Source of the DNA: a virus
Lineage: Duplodnaviria > Caudoviricetes
Reading direction: 5' to 3' (one strand)
Virus record (IMG/VR): IMGVR_UViG_3300037067_002687
Coordinates: 6,734-70,733 of that record
Length of the DNA: 64,000 nucleotides
Within the stretch, counting starts at the first letter, position 1, and each line of letters starts with the position of its first letter. Of the stretch, positions 7,738-15,781 are shown in pieces. The translations under genes were made by a program, and so were the position numbers. The notes beneath the pieces are model-generated. The model was not told where the DNA came from. It saw nothing but the letters and a program-made list of their open reading frames with translations, and did not search any database.

Positions 7738-7858
7738 TGGCGGGGTGTGCGCACTCCCGGCAGTGGTATACCGCTTTTTCACTCAACTCCAAATAAGCCG
7801 GTTGCAAGCTATCGCGAATTGCTTGGCCGGTTCTTCTTTGTCAATCCGAGAACACCCC
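7738..7858 (-). ncRNA. candidate 121-nt RNA with tRNA-like acceptor stem and 3' CCA
   Basis: 5' GGGGTGT pairs with 3' ACACCCC, followed by G-CCA; inner helices TCTCGG/CCGGGA and CAAGC/GCTTG; no canonical T-arm. Confidence 0.35.
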
Positions 7859-8019
7859 ATATTTTGTAGCCGGGTAACTGACCCGCTCAACCCATAGTCG
7901 CATTACCCGGCGAGCCTCGTTACGAACGAGGTTATAGCAAAGAGGGGCGGGCGACGTCCACGTAGGGTTGGGACGTAAAGTCCACGGAGACGGGTAGGCT
8001 CGCCACGCCCCAGGATGAT

Positions 8020-9444
8020 TCATGCTGACAGAGCCTCCACGATTCCCTCTTCCTCGATTCCGATGCGGGGCATGGTGTAAGTCCGGTCGCAAACCAGGGA
8101 TAAATCCCCCGGTCGCTGGCCGATAATCAAGCCGATGCACCTTGCCTTTTCGGACTTTCTCCAGGAATTGAATTGTTGTACCATGTCGGACGGTAGGCTG
8201 CAAATGGCATCGGTCAGAAAAATGACGTCAGTCTTTCCTTTCGGGCATCCCAGGGATGGCCATATCTCGGGAAGCTCCTTAATCGGCACGTCCCGGCAAC
8301 TTCCACCGCTGTAGAAGTGTTCCAGCCATTCAATGAGTAGTTCCTGGTCCCAGGAGCCGGGTGCCATGACGGCCGTCGTCGGCGGGCATCCCCCGGAGTA
8401 GCCTATCAATGCCACCCAGCGGGATTGGTGTCGGGCAATCCATGACATGGCTAGGGCAAACGCCTTGGCATTGGCAATCGGCTCGCCTCCCATGGAGCCG
8501 GATTCGTCCACGACCACGACGATGGGACCTCTGGCCACCCGTTCGATGCCGTGGTACTCCCGGCACATGCAGGAGTTTTCGGCTATCCGGCGAAGCAGGT
8601 CGTCCTCTAGGTCCGGGTCCCCGAGAAGCGCCAGTTCGCTGGGAAGCAACCGGCCGGGGTCGCCGTCCAGGACCACGCCTACCATGTCGTCCATGCCGTG
8701 TAGGGTTTTCCTTCTCTGGAGAGCCGCACCGCATCGCCTGTAGCGTCCCGCTAGCTCCATGATACGTCGAAGCGTCTCATTGTTCCGGACGCTCTTAAAT
8801 AGCTCCTGGAGCTTCCCAGCGTTAAACGACTTGCCGGCCACGGCGCCATCCCCGCCCATTCCCAAGGCGCTCATGGCGTCTTCGGCGCTTTTGACACTTT
8901 CCTCGGCGTCTGTGATGGCATCCCCAGCGGCCGCCATGACTTCCAGGGGGTCCGGGTTAGACTTGCTCGTCGCCAGCTTCATCCAGCGGGACGAGAGGTC
9001 TACGGTCGCAATCCTTGCCGTCAACTCGTTCATTACCGTGTGCGTCCGTAGCGCCTGGAACTCGGGTGTCTCTAGGAGTTGCCGCACAAACTCGCCCCTT
9101 TCCTTACTGGCGCAGTTTTCGGCTAGCCTCGGGCTTGTCTGAAAGGCTGCGTTAAATAAGTCGGAAACAGTCAAGGACTCCGGGGACTCGGGAGACAGGG
9201 ACGGTTGGCCGGCGGCCACTATGAAAGTCAAGCCTTCCTGGTGAACGGTGGGAACCCCAAATAGCTCTCGCAGCCGTTCGGTCTCGTGCAGGACCTCATT
9301 TCCTTTACGGATTCCCCAGGAATCCAGGCGCAGGGCCGTGGGGCTTTCCGGCATGGAGGGGTCAACGAACTCCTCGGGCTCGACCTCTACGGCCGGTGGA
9401 GCTACGCCAAGCTCGTCAAGTAGTGAAGCAATCTCAGGGCTCAT
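8020..9444 (-). CDS. vWA (ViaA/YehP-like) domain protein
   Basis: C-terminal MIDAS VVVDESGSMGG...GGS...DVIFLTD; helical N-terminus; MoxR AAA in the same operon. Confidence 0.85.
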   Translation of the reverse strand: MSPEIASLLDELGVAPPAVEVEPEEFVDPSMPESPTALRLDSWGIRKGNEVLHETERLRELFGVPTVHQEGLTFIVAAGQPSLSPESPESLTVSDLFNAAFQTSPRLAENCASKERGEFVRQLLETPEFQALRTHTVMNELTARIATVDLSSRWMKLATSKSNPDPLEVMAAAGDAITDAEESVKSAEDAMSALGMGGDGAVAGKSFNAGKLQELFKSVRNNETLRRIMELAGRYRRCGAALQRRKTLHGMDDMVGVVLDGDPGRLLPSELALLGDPDLEDDLLRRIAENSCMCREYHGIERVARGPIVVVVDESGSMGGEPIANAKAFALAMSWIARHQSRWVALIGYSGGCPPTTAVMAPGSWDQELLIEWLEHFYSGGSCRDVPIKELPEIWPSLGCPKGKTDVIFLTDAICSLPSDMVQQFNSWRKSEKARCIGLIIGQRPGDLSLVCDRTYTMPRIGIEEEGIVEALSA

Positions 9445-9613
9445 GGTCGTGATGGTGCAGGTCGTGCTTCAGGTCGGCTATCTGACGCTGAAGGCGATTG
9501 AGTGTCAAGTGGAAACAAACCCACGACACGACGTTCGCCACGGTGACGAAAAGCAGGACGGTGTCCAATAGTAGTAGGTGGTCGTTTTGTGGAATCATTG
9601 TGGGTTTATCCAT
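9434..9613 (-). CDS. 59-aa membrane protein with His-rich tail
   Basis: Hand-translated MDKPTMIPQNDHLLLLDTVLLFVTVANVVSWVCFHLTLNRLQRQIADLKHDLHHHDHEP; overlaps both neighbours. Confidence 0.55.
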   Translation of the reverse strand: MDKPTMIPQNDHLLLLDTVLLFVTVANVVSWVCFHLTLNRLQRQIADLKHDLHHHDHEP

Positions 9614-10692
9614 TCCGCTAGTCTCTGAAGGGCCCCGTCGATTCTGGACTTCAGGCCGTCGCGTTGCTCCCGGCAGACGGCGAGGTCCGCGCGAAACTCC
9701 GCGCGGTCTTGAAGTAGCTCGTTAATTACGATGACCGGATTCACTCCTTCGCGTTGTCCTCCGCAGGAGTAGCAGGGGCACGGATTTTCGCCGTGCGCCA
9801 CGGTTGAGATGATTTCGCATTTACGGCAGAACATGAACCTCTTGCCGTTCTCCATGCTGCCATCACAAGCAAGGACCGTTCCGCGAAGCGAGGCGACTTC
9901 ATCCCGAAGGGCTGAGTTTGATGCCGAGAGCGTTGCGATGGTCTCGTTGAGTTTCCTGGACGTGGACTCTAGGGATTTAATCCTAGCGTCCTTGGAGGCA
10001 TTGTCGTTGAGTAGTTCCTTCTTTTTATTGAACATCTCACGCACCATGCCCCTCACGTTCACTACGGCGCGCGCGGCGCCGCATTTCTGGCACGGCGCGT
10101 ATTGGTTTCCCGGTGATATAGATTCTCTTGAGAGAGTGCCACAGTTTCCGCAATGCAGGTCAACCGCGTAGAACGTCGAGGAAAGAATAGCTTTATTGCG
10201 AAGTGATTCCACTTCAGCCCTGCTTTGACGCAACTGTACGGCCATGCTGTCGCGGTCTTCGGTCAGCGAGGAAACCAGAGTTTGCTCAGTCTTCAATAAC
10301 GCAATTAGATTCTGCTTTTCCTTAGCGAAATCGCGCTTCAGGTAATCGGAATAGTTTTTGGCGTTCCCTAGTTCGTCGCGGCAGACTTGCAGCTTCTCGC
10401 GCATCCGGTCACGCTCGAAAGCCATTCGCGCAACGGACTTGTATTTCTCGTTGACGTCTTCATGGTCAAATAACTTCTCCAGCGATTCCACGCGACACTC
10501 GATAAGACACTTCTCGACGGACTCACCCAGCGACTTTGCTACCTCAACAACAGTGGGCGTCCATGAACTTGGCGCGATGGCGGCAATGGACTCCAAGACC
10601 GACGGGCATATCCTGCCCCAGTCGGGATGACTCATGCTCGCCAGCATATACTGCGCCACTTTTACTGCGTTGTTCTTAGTTGTTTCATCCAT
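9595..10692 (-). CDS. coiled-coil protein with two zinc ribbons
   Basis: Heptad-rich segments alternating with CGNC...CQKC and CRKC...CYSC. Confidence 0.7.
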   Translation of the reverse strand: MDETTKNNAVKVAQYMLASMSHPDWGRICPSVLESIAAIAPSSWTPTVVEVAKSLGESVEKCLIECRVESLEKLFDHEDVNEKYKSVARMAFERDRMREKLQVCRDELGNAKNYSDYLKRDFAKEKQNLIALLKTEQTLVSSLTEDRDSMAVQLRQSRAEVESLRNKAILSSTFYAVDLHCGNCGTLSRESISPGNQYAPCQKCGAARAVVNVRGMVREMFNKKKELLNDNASKDARIKSLESTSRKLNETIATLSASNSALRDEVASLRGTVLACDGSMENGKRFMFCRKCEIISTVAHGENPCPCYSCGGQREGVNPVIVINELLQDRAEFRADLAVCREQRDGLKSRIDGALQRLAEWINPQ

Positions 10693-10696
10693 GATA

Positions 10697-10942
10697 TTAG
10701 CGAATCGCCTCCTCGGGTACGGGTTTGCGCATGAAACGTTGCACAATGGCCGATGATACTCCGCTGCCGTGATTTGTCAAGAGGCTAATCTGACTCCAGA
10801 CCGGGCCTCTTTGTTGATGCAGCCGGTGCATCCCGTCCAAGATTTTCATTAGTATTTCCTCGGGGTCCATGGCTCCCACGTACAACTCGCACCATACCTC
10901 GTTGGCTTGTCGCTGCCTCTCCGGTTTGCTCTGTTCCGCCAT
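10697..10942 (-). CDS. hypothetical protein
   Basis: GAGG RBS; fills the gap between the AAA and coiled-coil genes. Confidence 0.5.
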   Translation of the reverse strand: MAEQSKPERQRQANEVWCELYVGAMDPEEILMKILDGMHRLHQQRGPVWSQISLLTNHGSGVSSAIVQRFMRKPVPEEAIR

Positions 10943-10943
10943 G

Positions 10944-12086
10944 TTACACCTCAGTTCGCTTGACGATGGACTCCGCCACCTTCCCAATCATGTCCTTAAC
11001 GTGGACGGCTCCCCGCGTGGCGCGAACCCCCTTGACCTTGGAGAGCTTCTTGTGGATTTCCTTCAGCTTATTGAGGTCTTCACAGATTTTCGGAATGTCC
11101 GCACGGTGAAGGTCGAGGTTGCGGATAATCTCCTGACTCTCCAGGATGTAGCTGTTCACCTTCATGGAGGAGGGGTTCGCAATCTTCCCGACTATCTCGA
11201 ACAGCTTTTTTGCCTGTTCTTTCGGGTCCATCCACAAGGTGTGCGAGAGAACGGCAAGGTGTTCTGGTTTAACCTCGTCGTCCCCCTCCAGGAAGGCAAA
11301 CGCCTGCGCCGCCTTTTTTGACTTGCAAAGTCGCCGGTCCCCTGGTACAATTCCTTCCTCCCGAGACTCCTTCAGGATTGAGTTAAGGCAATCTTTCGCG
11401 TCCTGGGTCCAAGGGATACCGGCGACGGCTTCCATGCCAACATTGATGTCGGATTCCGTAATGTACGTCGTAAGGACCGGTCGATGGTCTCCGCCCCAGA
11501 GGAGCAAGTCAAGGCCATCGTCCGTGGAAATCGGATTGACGTTCTTGCGGAAGGTGAATCGGTCGAAGAAGGCGCCTAGCTCCCTACTGTCCTCGCGTTC
11601 GTGCGGCCATAGGTTACTGGCCGCAATGCACAGACGCAAGGGGCACTTCACTTCAACACCGTCGTTGAGGAAGGTGCGTTCATTGAGAATCTTTAGGGTC
11701 GTGTTCTGGATAGAGCTAGACCCGTTGAATATCTCGTCAATGAAGGCGATATGGGCCTCGGGCAGCTTCCCCTTGGTGATTCGTCGGTAGACGTCCGCGC
11801 GAAGTCCGCTGACGCTCACGGGGCCGCACACTTCCTCGGGGGTTGTGTACTTTGTGAGAAGGATGGAAAATATCTGGCCACCCTTCAACCAAGAAACGAA
11901 ACTGTCCGCCAAGAGGCTTTTGGCCGTTCCTGGAGGCCCAACCAGGAGGACATGCTCCCCAGACAGAAGACCGAGGAGGCATAAGTCAATCTCCTCGGAC
12001 CTCTGAATAAGGGATTCGTTTAGGTCAGTGCGCATCGAAGCGTACTTGCCTCGAACGATGTCGATTACGCCGTCTTCCGTCGCCAT
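10944..12086 (-). CDS. MoxR-family (RavA-like) AAA+ ATPase
   Basis: Walker A GPPGTAKS, Walker B IAFIDEIF, sensor AASN, Arg finger FFDRF, PEEVCGP motif. Confidence 0.9.
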   Translation of the reverse strand: MATEDGVIDIVRGKYASMRTDLNESLIQRSEEIDLCLLGLLSGEHVLLVGPPGTAKSLLADSFVSWLKGGQIFSILLTKYTTPEEVCGPVSVSGLRADVYRRITKGKLPEAHIAFIDEIFNGSSSIQNTTLKILNERTFLNDGVEVKCPLRLCIAASNLWPHEREDSRELGAFFDRFTFRKNVNPISTDDGLDLLLWGGDHRPVLTTYITESDINVGMEAVAGIPWTQDAKDCLNSILKESREEGIVPGDRRLCKSKKAAQAFAFLEGDDEVKPEHLAVLSHTLWMDPKEQAKKLFEIVGKIANPSSMKVNSYILESQEIIRNLDLHRADIPKICEDLNKLKEIHKKLSKVKGVRATRGAVHVKDMIGKVAESIVKRTEV

Positions 12087-12358
12087 CGCTTAGCCTTTCT
12101 CGATTCGTTGATGGTTTCGATAACGGTCTTGGCGTGATGCTTCGAGAGGATGGAGTTGCAATTCCTCCAGTCGCGCAGCTTCACGTCCGACCGTTTCAGG
12201 AAGGCTCGGATGCTATGCCGCAGGGCAATGGCCTCTTCACTCTCCTCGGTGATGGAAATGCCGTAGACCCGGTCCGCGATGCCGCGAACAGAAAACCCTC
12301 CATTGCGGGCCATGGCAAGGATGCGCATCTTGCGGATGTCGTTAAGCATCGTCTTCAC
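12065..12358 (-). CDS. hypothetical basic protein
   Basis: 97-aa ORF overlapping both neighbours. Confidence 0.55.
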   Translation of the reverse strand: MKTMLNDIRKMRILAMARNGGFSVRGIADRVYGISITEESEEAIALRHSIRAFLKRSDVKLRDWRNCNSILSKHHAKTVIETINESRKAKRWRRKTA

Positions 12359-12726
12359 GGCTTATCTCCTAGGCTAAGGGCGAGTTTCAGCATATAGAAC
12401 GCTTGCTCAGAAAGGTATCCCCTTACGTCGGCGCGTTGCTCTCGCAATCGCTCCACTTCCGTCAACTCCGGCTTGATGGGCTCTTGTGATTCCATGAGGA
12501 GAGGCGCCGTTCGTGGCACCTTCCGTTTTCTGCCGGCCTTGACTGCCTTACTCCGTTTCGGCTTGGCCAATCTTCCTCGGGTCCGATACACAACATTCCC
12601 CACGGAACGCATCGTCGCCTCCGGAAACCGCTTCTGCACAATGGGAAGCAGCTTCGAGGGTACGGCTGTTGGGTCCTTCTCGACCAGCTTGATGGTCATT
12701 TCCGTTTGGGGCGTAAACTTCGACAT
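12355..12726 (-). CDS. hypothetical basic protein
   Basis: AGGAG RBS; Lys/Arg-rich centre. Confidence 0.6.
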   Translation of the reverse strand: MSKFTPQTEMTIKLVEKDPTAVPSKLLPIVQKRFPEATMRSVGNVVYRTRGRLAKPKRSKAVKAGRKRKVPRTAPLLMESQEPIKPELTEVERLREQRADVRGYLSEQAFYMLKLALSLGDKP

Positions 12727-12737
12727 GGCTTTAACTC

Positions 12738-13598
12738 CTAGGCTGCGCTATCTTCTGAAACGCCGTCTTCCGGGCGCAGTTCCGTAATGCGGCGGTACAA
12801 CTCGTCTTTGGCTTTATCGAGTGCATCCTGCAACGAACGCTTCTCCGCTCCTAAATACTCACTGTAGGCGTCCACCTTGTTATAGATGGTCGTCCATCGG
12901 TTCTTAGCGCGTTCCATGGTCGAACCGCGCGTCGTGTCGTCCCATTCGGACACCGCGCCGTTAAGTTCATCCACGAGGGTAGCGATGCCGGCCTTAATAG
13001 CGCCGCGAACGCTCTCTTCGCCCTTCTCGTCACCCCTTGGAACCGGGAAACGGCAAATCTCACCACCCAGGGAGGACATGAACGCCTCAACCTTTGCGGT
13101 GAACTCCCGATGCTCAATAGGTACAAAGTACGCAACACCCTTACGCGGATTGATAGGGAACAGGTCAGCGTTGTCGTTGAATAGCTTCTGGACAAGGCGC
13201 GTGATGTCCTGTCCGGTTCTGGTTTCTTTGGCGAAGTCTACGAGCTTCTGGGTCTGTTCCTCTAGGACTCCATCTTCCTGACAGGAGACGCTTCCCGTCT
13301 CCGCGTCCAATTCCATCTGACACTCGTAATCGAACTCCAGCTTGCCGTCCTCCAGTTCCTTGCGGGTGAATTGGTAGATGACGGGTCCGCCTTTTTTCTT
13401 CCCGCTCTGATTCAGCCGGTCGATGCTCCGGTTTTCCTTAAGTGTCTTACAGGCGCGCTTGAAAGCGCTCTTGGGAGACAACTCGGAAGCCGCATCTGGG
13501 TCAAGGCCGGCCTCACGCAGCGCGTCGATGACGTCATGGTACGGGATGTCCTGGGTCGCGATGTCCCACGTAACGACTTCGCCTAACAATGGACTCAT
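12738..13598 (-). CDS. conserved protein of the MoxR/vWA cluster (recalled as DUF6744-like)
   Basis: GEVVTW...DALREAGLD...FKRAC...YFVP..H..F pattern matches my recollection of planctomycete proteins beside AAA/vWA genes; needs HMM confirmation; GAGGAG RBS before ATG 13598. Confidence 0.6.
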   Translation of the reverse strand: MSPLLGEVVTWDIATQDIPYHDVIDALREAGLDPDAASELSPKSAFKRACKTLKENRSIDRLNQSGKKKGGPVIYQFTRKELEDGKLEFDYECQMELDAETGSVSCQEDGVLEEQTQKLVDFAKETRTGQDITRLVQKLFNDNADLFPINPRKGVAYFVPIEHREFTAKVEAFMSSLGGEICRFPVPRGDEKGEESVRGAIKAGIATLVDELNGAVSEWDDTTRGSTMERAKNRWTTIYNKVDAYSEYLGAEKRSLQDALDKAKDELYRRITELRPEDGVSEDSAA

Positions 13599-14247
13599 GG
13601 CTTTGCTCCTCGGGAAATAGGTCGGGTAATTCGCCATTGGGCGGAAGGGAATGCAGGTACTCGCTGGTTTGTCCGATGTTGCTATGGCCGGCCCAATCGC
13701 GGACTTGCACGAGACTATAGCCTCGCTCGATAGCATACGAACAGAAGTTGTGGCGCAGGCTGTGGGTGTGTAGCTGACTCCCACGCTCCGGACCTAGGAC
13801 GGCGACGAATATCTTCTTCCAGCGATTGCTCAGCGTCCTTGGGATAATCTCACGTCCGTAGTTGTCCCCATGCCCGCAGGTGCAGAGAAACGGGTCCGTA
13901 TCGGCTGCCCCTCGGTTTCTCCGTGACTCCGCCCATGCCTGAAGGTCCAGGAAGGCCGACTTATCCATGAAGGGAACGAATCGGCTAGAACGCTTGCCTT
14001 TCGTGGTGCATCGCTTGGCGGTGATGCCGGGCTTCGCGCCGACTAAGACGACGTCGCACATGCGTAGCTGGCACATTTCGGAACGCCGATACCCGAAACA
14101 GGTGGAGATGCGGAAGCTGACGAGGTCGCGATGGGCGCGAACGCCAACGATGTTCTGGCCTAGATTCCACTGCTTCGCCATCTGCTTCCGCAGGTAGGAC
14201 AAGATGAGGTGGATTTCATGCTTTTCTAGTAGCTCGCAAGACTTCAT
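13534..14247 (-). CDS. tyrosine recombinase, catalytic domain only
   Basis: R (FGYRRSE), K (TTKGK), HSLRH, GHSNIGQTSEY; 237 aa, no N-terminal core-binding domain. Confidence 0.85.
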   Translation of the reverse strand: MKSCELLEKHEIHLILSYLRKQMAKQWNLGQNIVGVRAHRDLVSFRISTCFGYRRSEMCQLRMCDVVLVGAKPGITAKRCTTKGKRSSRFVPFMDKSAFLDLQAWAESRRNRGAADTDPFLCTCGHGDNYGREIIPRTLSNRWKKIFVAVLGPERGSQLHTHSLRHNFCSYAIERGYSLVQVRDWAGHSNIGQTSEYLHSLPPNGELPDLFPEEQSHESIVRRSRYVGHRDPGHPVP

Positions 14248-14289
14248 CGCCGGGTTGAGCGTTTGGTGTTGGGTTGTCTGAATAGCCCA

Positions 14290-14318
14290 ACTCTACCATG
14301 GGCGATGATTTTTCGCAA
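14290..14318 (-). promoter_or_regulatory. sigma70-type promoter of the recombinase-MoxR-vWA operon
   Basis: On - strand: TTGCGA, 17 bp, TAGAGT with upstream TG. Confidence 0.6.
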
Positions 14319-14403
14319 GAGGGTTTAGAAAAGATTTTCGAGAGCCCCCTGCCGAAGGGGGAACGATGTCGAGTAGGCACGATTGCCCCGAACGAATTGA
14401 CAG

Positions 14404-14781
14404 TTACGTCTCGCATGGTTCCCTCCAGGAATCGACTTCCTCTTGTGTAATCCGGTTGGGGGCGTTCGGGTTGACAAGATAATTGAAGGCTGATAAGTCG
14501 TAGTCCTCGGGTGCCTTGCTTCCCAGGACGGCAAGCTGTCGAGACTGGGGCCACGCCGCCTTGTCTTCGACCCTCTGTCCATTGCAGTAGGCGCATAAAA
14601 CGAGAATAGCGAAGGGCTTGTCGAGCGCCTTATCCCGGCAAGGCCCGTTCGCTATCTCGTGACAGCACAACTCAGACAACTCTCTACCGAACCGGGAAGG
14701 CTCTTTGGGGCTTGCCCCGCAAATCATGCACCTTCCCGCTTTCCGTATGAGAGCCGTGCGAATCGGCTTGACCTCGCTCAT
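14404..14781 (-). CDS. HNH/His-Me finger-like nuclease
   Basis: CMICG...CCHEI...VLCAYCN spacing typical of small phage HNH/NinG-like proteins. Confidence 0.55.
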   Translation of the reverse strand: MSEVKPIRTALIRKAGRCMICGASPKEPSRFGRELSELCCHEIANGPCRDKALDKPFAILVLCAYCNGQRVEDKAAWPQSRQLAVLGSKAPEDYDLSAFNYLVNPNAPNRITQEEVDSWREPCET

Positions 14782-14998
14782 GCGCTTTCTCCGCTTGGCG
14801 GAAACGCTTCTGAGGTGGTTCATAGGGGACAATCTCCGCGTTCTTGTATCCGCGGTCTATCGCGTACTGTTTCCAGAACTCAGCTTCGCTCTTTTCGAGC
14901 GGGCTGTTCGTCCAGGGGTCTCGCCAGGGTCGATTACCAAAAGTGACGAGGACGCGAAATAGGGGCCTGTTTTCCGAACTCACGGTTCTTTCTCCCAT
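14684..14998 (-). CDS. hypothetical protein
   Basis: Protein-like 3' part of ORF 14684-15238; ~100-nt overlap with the next gene lowers confidence. Confidence 0.4.
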   Translation of the reverse strand: MGERTVSSENRPLFRVLVTFGNRPWRDPWTNSPLEKSEAEFWKQYAIDRGYKNAEIVPYEPPQKRFRQAEKAHERGQADSHGSHTESGKVHDLRGKPQRAFPVR

Positions 14999-15056
14999 GG
15001 TTCCAGGGACCGTAGCCAATAAAGGCACCACACCGACTACAAGTCGTGCGTACCAT
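14934..15056 (-). CDS. 40-aa CxxC peptide (MVRTTCSRCGAFIGYGPW...)
   Basis: AAGGAG 7 nt upstream of ATG 15056; could instead be the tail of a frameshifted SSB (see findings). Confidence 0.35.
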   Translation of the reverse strand: MVRTTCSRCGAFIGYGPWNHGRKNREFGKQAPISRPRHFW

Positions 15057-15120
15057 GCCGGGTCTCCTTGCATCGGGCCTATCGGTCCAGGTGGAAGGAT
15101 TCCAGTAGCAGTCGCAGCGA

Positions 15121-15363
15121 CTAAAAGTCGATGTCGCTCTTGGCGGCCTCCTTGGCAGGCGCCTTCTGCCCTTGCCCCTGGTCGGCCGTGAGGGAAAGGG
15201 ACAGGAACTTCTTCCCGGTCTGGCTGTCGCGCTTCCATCCGGAAATGCGGTACTCCTGCCCATCAACTTGGCATTTTCCTGAATAGTCCGGCTGGTTGTC
15301 CGTCGTCTTTCGGTCATTGACGAAAAGAACGCCGTGCAGTTCGTCGTCGAATTGCTTAGCCAT
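15121..15363 (-). CDS. small phage ssDNA-binding (OB-fold-like) protein
   Basis: GVLFVNDRK...QPDYSG...VDGQEYRISGWK...GKKFLSLS pattern; SSB-like acidic/Phe C-terminus SDIDF. Confidence 0.65.
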   Translation of the reverse strand: MAKQFDDELHGVLFVNDRKTTDNQPDYSGKCQVDGQEYRISGWKRDSQTGKKFLSLSLTADQGQGQKAPAKEAAKSDIDF

Positions 15364-15369
15364 GCGTAA

Positions 15370-15765
15370 TCACTCCTGATAGGTGAATGTGATAGTAAGC
15401 GATGGGGAGTCTCCCCATAGCTTTTCCAAAGAGCCACGAGCAATCCCCGAATCCGACTTCGGGTAAAGCGTATCTAGGATTGCTTTGTCGATGTTGTCGC
15501 GGTCCGGCTTGCTCCGATGGAGTTGCCCGCGTTCGGCGTCCCGCCGTTTCTTGCTCCAGGATTTCGGCATCGGAAACACAGCCTGCCACGACAAGGAAGA
15601 CACAGAATCAGCCGGCGGAACCTCACCAACGGCGCACCGGACGGCATCAGACCATAGATGATACTTGACAACGCAGGGGCGTTTCGCCCATTTGTCGCGT
15701 TGCGTCATCCTAGGCTTTCCGATAGCGGCAAATGGCATCACTGCCGTCCGTGTGCGTCCCTCCAT
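15370..15765 (-). CDS. rusA: RusA-like Holliday junction resolvase
   Basis: IGKPRMT...KPDRDNIDKAILD...D...KLWG motifs. Confidence 0.85.
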   Translation of the reverse strand: MEGRTRTAVMPFAAIGKPRMTQRDKWAKRPCVVKYHLWSDAVRCAVGEVPPADSVSSLSWQAVFPMPKSWSKKRRDAERGQLHRSKPDRDNIDKAILDTLYPKSDSGIARGSLEKLWGDSPSLTITFTYQE

Positions 15766-15781
15766 GGTGTGTGTCGGCTCC

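Noticed and set aside
7738-7858. Canonical tRNA or tmRNA (or tmRNA-derived attP)
   Set aside because: No TTCRA T-arm, oversized D and variable regions, no G3-U70 pair and no tag ORF; kept only as a tRNA-like candidate
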